DNA from: Torpedo marmorata
Taxonomy: Eukaryota
Direction of reading: 5' to 3'
Length of the DNA: 64,000 bases
NCBI GenBank assembly: GCA_977017645.1
Contig: OZ360252.1
Location: 17,422,001-17,486,000, forward strand
The notes beneath the pieces were generated by a model, which worked only from the letters and a program-made list of their open reading frames with translations, was not told where the DNA came from and ran no database searches. Positions 13,862 to 27,179 of this stretch are shown piece after piece (the first letter of the stretch is position 1; every line of letters begins with the position of its first letter). Made by a program: the position numbers and the translations under genes.

Positions 13862-14167
13862 CAGAACAGATCATATCGACGCCATTTCTCTGGCTGCAAT
13901 GATGGGTTGCCGAAGAAAGTGGACAGTCCAACAAGGATGGCTCTTCGCCCTTACATTCCAAGCTCCGGTCAGACGCAGTTCCCTCTTCAAAATAAGCTCC
14001 GCGCTGCACAGATACGGCGACTCCGCATTGAAGCTGACGACACACCACATCGGCATCATCCATATCCCAGTGATGGTCACATATGTTTTTCCAGTTTTCA
14101 CCAAGCATCACCTCCAGCCTTCCCGAGCAGTGGTCATCTCCGCAAACCAATCTTGGTACTCTATGGT
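13862..14167 (-). CDS. SRCR gene A, SRCR domain 2 exon (306 nt)
   Basis: tctcag|ACCAT...TGTTCTG|gtgagt; DHRVPRLVCGDDHCSGRLEV...GVDMICS; phase 1-1. Confidence 0.95.
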
Positions 14168-15629
14168 CTGAGAAAGATATGAACCACAGTGATGATAATG
14201 AAAATTGTAAAGTAGATTTTCAGACGATTCCTATGGAGATCAGTACAAAGTTGTGCTGAAATAAGTTGTGCTCCAGTCTGGACTGCTGCCGATGAGATTT
14301 CTCATCCTTCCTCATCCATCACATTAATTTGATGCAGGTGGAATATTTTTGACAACACAGAACACAGTTTCCGCTCCGTTGTTTCAAACGGAGATTAGAT
14401 TCAAAAAAATATACAGCAAAGTCTCAATAAAGGAATATTGTAATCTCATTCCAACAACCTCTGATACAAGGACACCTTTCCCACTTTATGCATTTTCATC
14501 AGGATATCGGAGCTGAGCAAAACGAACCCTCTCTCTTCCTCATTCATTAAAGTCTGATCGAATGATGTTGTCGAACACTTCCCATTGTTTCATGCCATAA
14601 CCTCTATTATAACCCTCTAGGAGTAGCTCAAAGAATGAACTTTACGTCGGGTTTCACTCTGGAAGCAGAGGCTCCATTTTTCTGAACAAGCCTCCGCTGG
14701 AGTCCAGTCCCATACAAACACACCCTCTCTGATAATATGCTGAGAACAGTCGTTCCCTCAGAGTCATTTTTCTCCAGATTCATTATCTCTCTTCCTTCTT
14801 TCCAATCTCCGCCAGCTCACATTTTCGGCTACAACGCTCGTGAATCCACACATCCCCTACAGAAATGTGCCTCCGAACCATTTTTGGGTTTTAATTAGTG
14901 GCTCAGGGAGTATCCGATGAGAGGTTGCCTCCATGAATGTTTTGCTTTTTGTCTCCAGGAAATACAGGGGGAAAGTTTTGAAATCAGGGGGCCTTATACT
15001 GTGCTGCGGTGATCTATGTTCTATGTTCTAAGCAAGCATCAATTGAATTCCACCGATCAGTTGATTTGACATGATCGATTTAAATACCCCGCAGCAGAAA
15101 TTTGAATAAATATTAAATGTTGACACTCCTTACGGGAATGTAACAGAAATAATCTTGCAATAGCATATGTCTGAGGAAGTTAAAAATAAAGTCTGCAGGA
15201 GGTGTGATTGTAGTGCAATACACAAAAATGCTGGAGAAAATGAGATTCTGCGTGACCTGCTAAGCCTCTCCAGCAATTTCACGTCTGGGGAAGGTATGTT
15301 CACAATATCTACGGACAGATAAGGGCGCAGTAAACAAAAGCACATTTTCAAAATGTAAGTATAACACCTCCTCTGTGTAACAATTAATACCGAGAAATAT
15401 TGCCTGTGATTTCTCTCAGCACCGCTTTTCAGTGTTAACAGCATAACCATTGATTCCAGTTGCATTCTCTGAAATTTCACAAAAATATTTGGTTGCAGAT
15501 AATCGCTCAACTTTTAGTAAAGGGGCAGGTTAATTATGTCATAAAATACAAACGCCATCCTATTGAAATATAGAGGCGCAGACGTGACGTGCATCAAATA
15601 GTAATGTTGGGAAATTCGACCTCTCCACT

Positions 15630-15930
15630 GAGTAAAATACAAAAATGCTGGAGGAACTCAGCACGTTATGCAGCGTTCAGATGAGGTAAATATATAGAAC
15701 CAACGTTCGGGCCTGAGCCCTTTTTTTTAAAGGAAAGAGCAAAAAGCAGGCAGGCACCTGAATAGAACAGCTGGGAGAGAGGGCAGAAAGTGTAACGGGG
15801 GAGCACAGGACAACTGGCAAAATGCGATAATTGGACATGGATGGGAGAGGAGAGCTGAGAATTGATCGGGGAAGGGGTGCCTCTGAGAATGTAAAGCTGG
15901 AGGAAAGGAGACAGAGGGAATATAAAAGTC
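15630..15930 (-). mobile_element. Penelope-derived terminal repeat fragment
   Basis: caaaaatgctggaggaactcagca...aacgttcgggcctgagccc, the reverse complement of the hammerhead-bearing repeat. Confidence 0.6.
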
Positions 15931-16020
15931 AGTGAGAGTGAGAGAGTGAGTGAGTGAGTGAGTGATAGACAGAGAGAGAGAGAGGGGGGGAGGGAGAGAG
16001 AGAGAGAGAGAGAGAGCGAG
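15930..16020. repeat. (GAGT)n/(GA)n microsatellite
   Basis: Direct reading. Confidence 0.9.
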
Positions 16021-17025
16021 CTGGAGGAAATGATTTCTGCTGGAATATACAGCCTTTACATTATTGCTTAATTCATTGAAAAATCTCCAAACTTGATTGA
16101 TATTATTTCATACAGAGCACGCTTCTCCCAATCTACGTTAGCCAGGACTTGTGTTATGCCCTTGAAATGAAACTTCCCCAAATTAAGAGCTGAGGTTCAG
16201 GACCCTTTCCACAACTGCCTTGAAAATAACAGGATTATTGGCCCTGCTCCCAGAGTCGATACCCAGACATTTCCTCCCCTACTGCTTATTACTTTGTTTC
16301 TTCAGATAACATCTTCTGTTGGATTATGCATTTATTGTCACAGAAACTTGGCCGCACTTAATAAATTATATGCCCTCTATTTCTCTTGCATTAATAAAAT
16401 CCCTGTAAACACTGGGGATGTTAAAGCACTCACTAATGTAACAATATTGTCCGTAAATCTTCCTGTCATTTGATTGTAGATCTGTTTTTCGAAATTCCAC
16501 TGATTAAGAGGGCTCTGTTAAAAACCCAACGCAGTGATCGTATCTTAGTATGTTCGGGCGATCTAACCATGGTAGCATCTCCACGTACCGTCGGTTGACT
16601 CGGCTATCCTCATTTTTCATCCCCAATCACGTTATAACTTCGATAATCTGGTCTGGACTGCCTAATCTATGGCTGCCCTATGCAAAATAGGAACACCTCG
16701 TTCACTTGTGATCTCAAGGAATCACAGGTAAACACACTGCCCTGTTGAACTGAATATGAATCGATATCTGGCAGCTCGCACTCGGGCATCCCGACTTGCT
16801 AACGTGGGAAAGGCTGAATTGAGGTCGCACCGCTGAAAACGCTTGGTGTCGGTCAATAGGATTCGACCCGATAACTTCTCACAAGATCGTTTTCATCTTC
16901 AGAAACCTATCGACGTTAACGCTGAGCACTTGGGTAACGCCAATTGAGTAGTCTAGGTGCAGATTCCCAAAGACGGAGAAGCCATTTATCAGCCAGAGAG
17001 CCGTCTTAATCTGTTTCCTCCCTAC

Positions 17026-17061
17026 CTGTACCTTGGCTGACAGGTCTCTGCTCAGGAAGTC
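17026..17061 (-). CDS. SRCR gene A, candidate 36-nt inter-domain linker exon
   Basis: tatcag|GACTT...GGTACAG|gtaggg; open phase 1-1 frame GLPEQRPVSQGT; weak polypyrimidine tract. Confidence 0.35.
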
Positions 17062-17425
17062 CTGATACAGGCTCTCTCGCCGGGAAGCAAACTCAAAACA
17101 TTTGCTTCCACAGCTGCTGTTTTGAACGTTGAGTATTTTTCTAGGAGATCCGATTTTAGAACCATAGAATAATGGAAGACTACAGCTCGGACACAGGCCC
17201 GCGGCCCATCTAGTCCGTGCGGAATATTATTCTGCCTGGTTACATTGAGCTGTACCCGGACCATGGCCCCCCATGCACATCCCATCCATTTTTAATTCAT
17301 TGTAAAAATTGAGCCCCCATTCACCAATTCAGCTGGTACCTCGTACCACACTCTCACCACTCTCTGCGTCATCTGGATCCCAGCACCTGCAGTTACGTCT
17401 GCCTTCAACCTACCCATATAACATT

Positions 17426-18387
17426 TGTTACAAATTCAAATCAGCAACGACAGAAGACGCAATGCAAAAGGGGTAAAATTGAAATTTATATTTATTAAAG
17501 ACAATTAAACATATAATTGCACAACAGTTAACCCCAGTATAAACGTCTATAAACACTATTCTTATCTAAAAGGTGTGTGTGTGTGTGTGTGTCTGTGTGT
17601 GTGTGTGTGTGTGTAAAGCCCAGACCATTACAGTCTGCCCAACCCTCATGTAAAAATGGAAAAACTTTCCCCAAAAACCCCAGGTCAGTCAGAAAAACAA
17701 AACAGTCCCAAAAACACAGTCCACAAAAATTCACTCTCTATGTGCAGGGTTCAAATTCAGCTCTGTGTGCTGACAAGCCAGACTTATTAATGAACGTTGG
17801 AGAGAGAGACAATGACTGTTTATGCTTACGAATGCTTGGCTTGCTTTTCTTCTCTGACGACTTTCCCTTCTGGTGTTTACACAAGGATTGCGAATCCAGA
17901 TCCCTTTTGGATTGAGGCGTATACTTGGATCTCACAGCATGTTCTTCACAAAAGCTGCTCTCAACTCAGGATTTTGCTGAATCACCAAGGCCTTGCCCCT
18001 GGTCCCAACCATTTCCTCTGGGATGCACAAGACTGGATTTTCTGATTCAAAAGGCTCTGTTTTCTTCTCCCAACTACTTATCTGGGATGCACAAGCCTGG
18101 ATCCTGCTGAGTTCTCCCGCCTTTGCAACTCCAAAACTGCCACTGATTAATTTTTCCACGACTGAACTTTTAATCCTTCCTGCAGAGAGTCTCCAGCTCC
18201 CTTCTTAAAAGTTCAACAACCAAGTATTTTTCTACAGTTTGTCTCCCCCTGGTGCCTCTCTCTGGTAAATACGAGAAGTCCTGGGCAAGTTAACTCCTTC
18301 AGTACCAGGTCCCAGTGTGTACTCCAAAAGACTTAATCCTTCCTGCTGAGCGTCCGCAGTCCAAATGATCAGTCATGGTCCATAACA
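17426..18387 (-). mobile_element. Probable solo LTR containing a (TG)n microsatellite (17573-17614)
   Basis: TGTTA...TAACA termini; flanks catt/cttt (3 of 4 match as TSD); minus-strand AATAAA near 17490; internal short direct repeats (tctgggatgcacaag, ttaatccttcctgc). Confidence 0.6.
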
Positions 18388-18969
18388 CTTTTCAAAACCT
18401 TCTAATATTCCATGAAATAGGCATGACATATTTCACTTAATTCTAATTTTTGTTCAAATATTTTACCCTTGCAACGTCAAATGATATTCGGCTAATTCCA
18501 AAGTTTTATTTGATAGGACTTGAAATTGAAAGCAAAACTCTGCAGATAACGGTGTAATGAAAGTGCTGGGAAATCTCAGAATATCGGACAGCATCTGTGA
18601 AAAGAGAACCAGTGTTAAGGTATCAGTTCGAAGATTCATCCTCAGGACCGAAAACGAGAAATCACGTTAGTTTTTAAATGGCAACATTGAGTGTGAGAGA
18701 TGGATGGGTTCAAAACAAATGCTGCTGGAGTGTTTGTGGAAACTAAGGTCGGAGTGAAGTTGTGCAGCACTAGCAGTGGTTTGTAGGAACCAGGGAGAAG
18801 CAGAAGTTATTTGTGACTTGTTTGAAATGTCCGGAGAAGAGCTCGCCACAGTGAGATAAGGGAACATCCAAAGGTTGCAAATGCCTTTTCTGTTTAACTG
18901 CATCAAGGGCCCCGTTTCTATGACATTACATGTGTATCTGAACATTGAAGATTTCTGCAATGCTCTTTG

Positions 18970-19342
18970 TTTCATAAATTACCAGAAACTGATCTTGTAC
19001 AGACACATCAATACAGTGTCGATACTGAAGTCAATAGAGAAGATCATCAAAACGGCCGAGAAGATCACTGGGATCACCCTTTCGCCTATTCACGACATTT
19101 ACCGGGATCATTTAATAGGGCTCGGAAATTCGATAAAAACATTTCCATCCAGCACACAGCATCTTTGACCCACAACCATCAGGGAGGTTGTACAGGAGCA
19201 TCAAAATCAGGCCTGCCAGGCTGGGAAATAGTTCCTTCCCGCAAGCTGTGAGATTGATAAACATAATCCTGTAATGGAGTAAAACATCCCAAAATAGTCA
19301 CACATATTTATTTTAAATTATATCTGTATGTATATGTGCAAT
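18970..19342 (+). mobile_element. Rex/L2-like LINE 3' fragment
   Basis: IIKTAEKITGITL..IHDIY and aatagttccttcccgcaagctgtgaga (NSFFPQAVR-like). Confidence 0.6.
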
Positions 19343-19565
19343 NNNNNNNNNNNNNNNNNNNNNNNNNNNNNNNNNNNNNNNNNNNNNNNNNNNNNNNNNN
19401 NNNNNNNNNNNNNNNNNNNNNNNNNNNNNNNNNNNNNNNNNNNNNNNNNNNNNNNNNNNNNNNNNNNNNNNNNNNNNNNNNNNNNNNNNNNNNNNNNNNN
19501 NNNNNNNNNNNNNNNNNNNNNNNNNNNNNNNNNNNNNNNNNNNNNNNNNNNNNNNNNNNNNNNNN
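19343..19565. other. Assembly gap (223 N)
   Basis: Run of N. Confidence 1.
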
Positions 19566-20503
19566 GTGGTTCAGAGAAACGCTGTTTTATCTCTTCACAT
19601 ATATACCGTCAGATGATAATAAACGTGAACATGAGTTGATCTTTAACATAATGGCTCCCTGACATATTTCCATCAACTCTGAAATGTCCTCACTGATCAC
19701 ATGGGTCACTTCTGATCACACTCAAGATGATTGAAATCCCTAACGACAAAGCAGCTCCTTTCAACCATTCATTTCCAACGCTCTATCCATTCCTTCCACG
19801 GTCCGATACCGACGTTCGCTCCATGGCAGCTAAACCTGACTGCAGTATGGATCCTGTACTAATTATATTGCACCAACTCTGCCGGGTGCTAACAATAAAG
19901 TCCTTATTCTAGCAGAAAGAACCGCAAGCGGATTGGATCAAAGGCACCAGCCGATGCCCCTCGGTCACATCACCCTGACATGCAGATACGTCCTTGTTAC
20001 TTTATCATCACTGCATAAATCCTGGAAATCTCCCAGTAAAGGCCACCCAACAGTGGAGATCCAGGAGGATTTTGTTTTTTCATTTTGTGGACACGCGAGA
20101 CTGCAGATGCTGGAATCTGAAGCAAACCACAAACTGTTGGACGAACCCGAACTGTAAAGCAGCATCTGGTGGACGGGGAGCGGGGGGTGGGGTTGTCAAA
20201 TTTCCGAGTCGGACCGTGCATCAGATTAGAAGCTGCTCGAAGCCCTGAAATCTCCCAGCAGTTGGTTTGTGATTTGCTCCGTACGAACACGGTGCCGATT
20301 ATTTAATGCCACCGGTTATGGACGACAGATTAAAACGGGTGTGAGTTCTGTAACACAAATTGTCATCCCAATATGACAGAAATAATACGGTCAGAAACTG
20401 GATGTAATTTCACATCAGTCGCGGGCAGTCGGATGGTTTTACACCCGGGCGTCCCGGAACGATTCAAGCGGTGGGACCGAAGTAAGAAAAGGCGGATCAT
20501 TAC

Positions 20504-20821
20504 CTGAGCAGATAACGCCAGCATCGTAGTCGTGGTAAGATCCATATAAACCCCATGGTTCCGATGGACAGTCCCGCAGAGCCTTCTCATTCCCGGTGCA
20601 GGTAACACTCCACGTCACTTCCGGTCCAGTCCCCGGTCCAAAGTGAGATTTGCCCGGGGCTTGCAGCGCGGCGCCGCAGCCCGTCTCCCGACACACCACA
20701 GCCGCATCGTCCAGGTCCCAGCCGGAAAAAGAATTCACAACTCCCCAGACTCCCCGGTGGTAAACCTCCACTCTCCCTGCGCACGGACTGTCCCCATTCA
20801 CCAGCCTCAACACGACGCTCT
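20504..20821 (-). CDS. SRCR gene A, N-terminal SRCR domain 1 exon (318 nt)
   Basis: tttcag|AGAGC...TGCTCAG|gtaatg; ESVVLRLVNGDSPCAGRVEVYHRGVWG...DAGVICS; phase 1-1. Confidence 0.95.
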
Positions 20822-21440
20822 CTGAAACAAAACAGAAACATCAGCACCGGGATCGCCAGCGTCTCGTTCCGCGTCTCGGCGCACCGCGCTCCCAGCTCAC
20901 CGCCGCTCACCCATTCAACGCCCACACATCTTCAACCGAAGGGCCAGACTGTGGTACACCCCGAATAAACTGCCTAAAGTGGCGAATACATGCAGTCATT
21001 TGGTGAACGTCCCAAGTACCGGGAGTCACCCGGTGCTTCCAGGGAACAAGGCGGCTCCCAGGACGAGAGGGGCGTGCCCGTTTACACTCTCCAGAGAGCG
21101 GCTGATGGGAGAGTCGTATCGCAGGCCGGTTGTAGCCAGTTCCCATCGCCATGTAGTGGACCCAACAAGTGGTGTTGGTATGAACCTATTCTGGGAACTG
21201 AACATCAAAGGAGAAAGCGTGGGAGTGGGTCTTCAGCACGACAAAGGTGGGGTAAACTGTGGGAGCTCATTTGCAACCCGGAACAAAGTCAACGTGGTCA
21301 GTGCACGACACCGCGCCGTTCAGAAACCTGTTTAATTGTCGCCCGCCTGAATTTAGTGGTCACCTCTAAGCTGCAAATCTTTAGTATCTACCAGTCTCAA
21401 CAGCCCCACACTAAACACAGTGAACATTAAATGCCATTAC

Positions 21441-21473
21441 CTGATCGGTCAGCCAGACAATTCCTGAGGCGGT
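21441..21473 (-). CDS. SRCR gene A, 33-nt exon 2 (end of signal peptide)
   Basis: tttctcattccag|ACCGCC...GATCAG|gtaatg; (Y)RLRNCLADRS. Needed because direct splicing of exon 1 (ends T) to SRCR1 (starts AG) would create TAG. Confidence 0.75.
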
Positions 21474-23062
21474 CTGGAATGAGAAATTCAGAATTAGATT
21501 TGGCTCTCGGCGGCCTGTGGGATTCGGATGTGCGAGGGAGGGTTTCATGGGGAGGCCAGACAACAAATTAATAAACTCAAAGGAAAAAGAACCGACAGCA
21601 AACTGAGGGGTATGTTTGAACACATCGACGGAGAGTCTGTTACAGCACATAATTTAAGATTCACACCTGTTTTTCTTTATTAATGTAACTGCAATCAATC
21701 CTCGGCAACTATTAATTCGCATTGTGCCTTCATTAAGAACGAAAATAGATTTCAGATCTGCTGACATCAGGGTAGGATTTTCCCCGTGAGCTGGATGTCA
21801 CGACTGATTAGTTTTCTATCTCCAGGAGACACGACGATTGCTGATAATGAATCTGCTGCTGCCACCGTCATGGGACAATTTGCTGCGTTAGCGGGTTTTC
21901 GGCCCGTGGAGATAATACCAGCCCATTTCGTGGTCGATCAGATGAGGGCATCTTCACTCGCCTTTCCCCGTTGATCTGGAAATTTGTTGCAATGTCATTC
22001 TATTTATTCCAGTGGAAAGTGCCTGATGCAATCCATGGAGAATTACCTTCTCTTTGCCCCCTGCGCTGCTTATGATTGTGGCGCTCATTCTTTCTCGAGC
22101 TGCGATTCTCATTTGAATTTAAAATTTCACAGGCAAAGTTCCATATGCCACACACGTTCATGTTAATGTGTCAGCTTCCTGCTGTTGAAATCTCCGGGGT
22201 CATGAGCAAGATTATTTCATGGAGAGGTACAGGTCGTTCAGCTCAACATGCCGATGTGGAACAAGTTGGCAATCTTGGTTGGTGACTTTTGCTGGCAATT
22301 ATTAAGCCGTTCCCGTGCATATATCTGTCCAAATGTCTTTTTCACGTGTGAACTTTCCCGCTTCTGCAGACTATTCAGGCCAGGCACGTCGTTCCAGATA
22401 AGGACCATCTTCCGAGTGCAATGGGTTACCCCTCGGATCCCCTTTAAATCTCAGACTGAACCTATCCCTCTAGTTGTAGATTCGTCTATCCAGGGATAAA
22501 AAGACTGTGAGGATTCACTTTATTCATGCTCGTCATGAATGTATGAACATCGGTCAGGTCACATCAAGACTCATATGCTCTGTGAAACAATGCCACAGCG
22601 TATTTACCCTCTTACTCTGCCTCTTGCCCTATTGTCCCACCACCTTCCTCGTCACCCTCGCTTGCACCACTTCCAACATTTTTGATGTCCTTCCTGCAAA
22701 TAATCGACCAGAATTCTCAAATCTCACAAACATCTTGTGCAGCTGAATCATGTGGGCACAACGTTTGTACGTGGACACAGCACCGATGCCTGCCTAACTT
22801 CTCTAGCCGCGGCCTTCCAATCAAATCTACTTCCGAACACCAATCTCGACTGTCCCATTCCTCCAAACCAATCTTGAATCCAAAGGGCCAGCTCCTCTGC
22901 TCCCACGGAATCTAGCCTTCCGGACGAAACTGCAATGCATGACCTTGTCAAAGTTCATATTTTCAGTGTCCACTGCCCTGCACTTGTAAGTCTTTGTCAC
23001 TTTTTCCAAAGAAATCTTCATTGCTCAACAGTACCATCGACAAAATTAACTCCTGATTATTT

Positions 23063-24978
23063 AGTAAATGTAAAGAAATTACACAATTCAAATGATCAAA
23101 GGAAGGAATTAATTATCTGGGAATAAAGATTGATACAAAATTAGCTAATTTATATAAATTAAATTATCTACCATTATTTACGAAAATTAAAAAAAATTTA
23201 GAAAGTTGGAAGGATTTACGTATAACTTTAATAGGAAGGGTAAACTGTATTAAAATGAATATCTTTCCAATAATTCAATATCGTTTCAAGTCAATTCCTA
23301 ACGAAATTCCTTTGAAATTCTTTAAGGATTTAAATTTATTTATTAGGAATTTTTTGTGGAAAGGAAAGTTGGCTAGATTAAGTATAGAGAAATGAACTTG
23401 GAACTGTGAAATAGGTGGTTTACAACTTCCTAATTTTCAAAATTACTGTAAAGCAGCTCAATTAAAATATGTTATTGGAATGTTTGATATAGGTAAGCCT
23501 TCTGCTTGGATTAGAATAAAATTAAATAATATAGGAGAAGATTTGAAAGAAGAAGTTATTTATAAATGAAATTCTAAATTACTTTTAATAAGAGGGAAGA
23601 ATTCTCCTATTTTTAAACATTTGTTAGAAATATGGAATAGAGTGGATAGTGAGATAGGAGGGAAAGGCTCAATTTCTCTAAAAATGCCTCTATATCAAAA
23701 TAAACTTATTCCATTTACTGTTGATAATCAATTATTTAAAATTTGGTTCCAAAAGGGAATTAAGAAAATAAATGATTGTTTTGAAGCTAGTAAATTTATT
23801 ACTTTCCAAAAAATGAAAGATGTTCAATGTATCGAATAATACACTTTTTGTTTATTATCAAATTAGAGCATTTTTAGTTGGGACGTTGGGTTATGGTTTG
23901 ATTCTACCAAGACAGAGTGAACTAGAATTATTAGTTACTAATGGAGGCGTAAATAAATTTATTTCTCAAATGTATAGATTGTTTCAGAGAAAAATCCCTA
24001 AAGTAGGAATTCATAAATCAAGATTAAAATGGGAATCAGATTTGAATGTAACAATAGATGAAGAACATTGGAAAGAATTATGTAAATTAAGTATGACGAA
24101 GTTTATTAACGTTAGATATAGATTAGTTCATTATACATTTTTTCATCAATTATATTTAACGCCTAAAAAATTAAAGAAATTTAATTCGAAATTATCAGGT
24201 TTATGTTTTAGATGTAATAGTGAGGAAGGTTCTTTTGTACATTCTACATGGTTTTGTCCAAAGGTATTTGAGTTTTGGTTGAAAATAAAAAACGTTTTAG
24301 ATAAAGTATTGAATATTACACTTCCATTGGACCCTATGATATTTTTGTTTGGAGATATTAAAAGAATTAGTATTGATATAAAATTAAATATGTATCAAAT
24401 AGAATGTTTGCGAATTTCTTTAGCTGTTTCTTACAAATGCATTGCTATTACTTGGAAATCTGATGTAGATTTAGGGTTAGAGAGATGGCATGCAGAACTT
24501 CGTTCATGTATACCACTTGAAAAAATTACTTATAATTTACGTAATAAATACCATTTATTTTTGAAAATATGGAGCCCACATATAAAAACTGTTGGTTTAA
24601 GGATTTGAATCTCTAGACATCGGATCTGACTGGCGAACCTCTCCTCCACAATAGAATCAGTTTATAGATGTACTTTTTAGATTGACATTCTCTTTACTCT
24701 ATCTTTTCCTTTCTTTTTTTATTATTTTAGTAAATTAGTATGGGATCCCCGTGCTTTCGGCGTGGTTGTCGGTTGGGCCGTACAGTGTACTGTGCGACTC
24801 AGCTGCACCTCATCGGTGAGTCGGTGTGAGTCAGTGGGGTGGGAGTGTTAGGGAAAGAAGGGAGGGAGGGGGGGTGAAAATGTGTCACATGTATTTTGAT
24901 AATTTTATATTTTAATTTATGTACTTCGTGATTTAAAATTTTAAATAAAATATTTTTTTTAAAATAAAAATAAAAATA
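23063..24978 (+). mobile_element. L1/Tx1-clade LINE, 5'-truncated, degenerate, AT-rich
   Basis: GRVNCIKMNIFP, CFRC..HSTWFC, SCIPLEKITYNLR; stops and frameshifts; A-rich tail; 21-bp TSD aaaattaactcctgattattt (23042-23062, 24979-24999). Confidence 0.93.
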
Positions 24979-25739
24979 AAAATTAACTCCTGATTATTTT
25001 TCCACGTCGGATTATCTCAATGTGGAAACTGTGACGTTAAATTGTATTTTTAACTTTGCTTGTGCTGAATCCGTGAATAATATTCAAGGATATGGTCAAA
25101 TGGGTGTATTTCTGCAGCGCGGGCTCGTGGGCAGGAAGGGTCTGTTACCGCGTTGTATCTCTAAATTAATATTCCAACGTTCACACATTGGTTTATTTCT
25201 GCCCCGGGTTATCCGGCAACAGTAGGGCATAATTTGCTCGCACTCCTGAGTGCTCTTTCAGACTTTGCTCAGGTAATAGGTGCTCACTCGTGAATTGTCA
25301 TTTTCTTTTATTTGATTGTGGCAAATTTTAGTTTTATTTTACAACTTAAAGGCCTTTGTTCACCCTTTTCCTCCTGTCATGTATACTGATTATATAAGCT
25401 CAGAGCGAATGAACAATAAAATGAGTGAGCAACACACTCTTTATTTTAGAGTCATATCTCGCTCCAGAATGATATTTATAGGTAAAGCCCACCCCGACAT
25501 TGGAGAATATATTTTGTCAGGCGTGCCTCACGATTCTTCAAATATTTCAAGCAAGTTAAATCAATATTAATCCACCGCTGCGATTGTTTAACTGTATAAT
25601 ATTCAATTTCTTTGCTTGTAGCGATTAAAATTAAACCCATCAGCCCCTTTGCGTCCAGGCAGAGCATGGAGATTTATTTTATTTTATGGAGATTTTGTTT
25701 TATAAAACCATTTGTTTTGCCTCTCGTTATATTCCTTCG

Positions 25740-26420
25740 TTAAACCAATCGTCACGCATCAACTCCTCCTTGATACTTTTCGTGATTCACTAATCAGTCG
25801 TTTATGGCAGCCAATTAACCTACCGAATCGAAAGCTATTGCATGTGGGAGGAATCCACGGTACCCGGAGAAACCCACGGGAATAGCGGGAAAACTTTCGA
25901 GGTTCACGCAGACAGCGCCGGAGGTTAGCATTGGACCAGGGTCACCATAGCTTCACTGACGTCTCAGGCCCGACACAGTGGTTAACCTTCGCTTGCCATG
26001 GATGCTGCGTGACCTGCTGAGTTCCTCCAGCACTGTTGTGTATTACATTTTCTACGATAGCTTTACCGGGGCAGCACTAATATAATTGAATGGAGGTTTA
26101 ATGTAAGAGGAATGTTCGTCACAGATAGCTGCAGCCTCACAGGGCCAGAGACCCAGGTGTAATCCTGTGGTCAGTTGCTGCTGTCCGGAGTTTGCACGTG
26201 CTCTCTTTGACAGCGCTGGTTTCCCCTCACATCACAAGGACGAGCGTGATTCCAGGATAATTGGCCAATGTAAATTGTCCTTCCTGAGTGAGTGTGCGGC
26301 AGAAACAGTTGACCTGTATGATATTGGAATTAATCGTGAATATGTGTGAGTGCTGCTGGGAGCGTATTCGGTGGGACGACGGTCCTCTTTCTATGCGCTT
26401 TGGTTCCACGACTCTCCACG
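25740..26420. mobile_element. Cluster of decayed tRNA-derived SINEs and a Penelope repeat fragment
   Basis: gtgggaggaatccacggtacccggagaaacccacg (minus) and cctcacagggccagagacccaggtg...ggagtttgcacgt (plus), vertebrate SINE core motifs. Confidence 0.55.
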
Positions 26421-27179
26421 TCATTCCCCTGCACTCGGTTTTAGTCACTGATGTTTTCATTAAGAAATATCACGAAGTAAATCCGTAATTTAAGGAGCCG
26501 CATGATATAATGGCAAATTGCACAAACGAGATCTACATTCAATTCAAATGATGTTAACTTACAAAAATAATAAAATTTCAATTTGCATGGGAATGTTAGT
26601 CTGGACCTCATTTTGTAAATTGTTCACGGAGATATGTTTGTGTTACTGTTTACGCATTTGAAAAGCTATTTTCATTAAATAGCTATGAAAACACGGTTTT
26701 ACGATCTAACCGCTTTTAGCATCCAGAGGAAGAAATATACAAGGACATAAACAGAGTCAAACACTTTACGGATCAGACTGACCCGTCATCTTGACAGCAA
26801 AATCTTTGCGATTGACAGCGATTGACAAGCCAGAGGACAGCTGAGAATTGTCACCAGTGCTAAACACAGGGCACGGAGCCAGTGGAAATAAAGTGCAGAA
26901 GCTCCTGGTAAGTCATCAAATGCGGCCGAACATATTACGGAAAACGTTGGGAAAAGGCAAATCGTGCTTGGACAAACGAGCATGCAGCAGGATATGCCAG
27001 AGTCCTTCCCTTTCAGACGGTGAGCATTTGCTCTTGATGGAGATTAACATATATATTTAGATATTTACTGCCCACTTTGAGAAACTGTGCCATCGACCGA
27101 GAAGCGCACTCAATATTCATGTCAAGGAAGGGGACGGAGATTAAGAAACAAGGTCTCATGTGTGCCTTTATTTTAGATA

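Noticed and set aside
19328-19662. ORFs containing X runs
   Set aside because: Artefact of the N gap.
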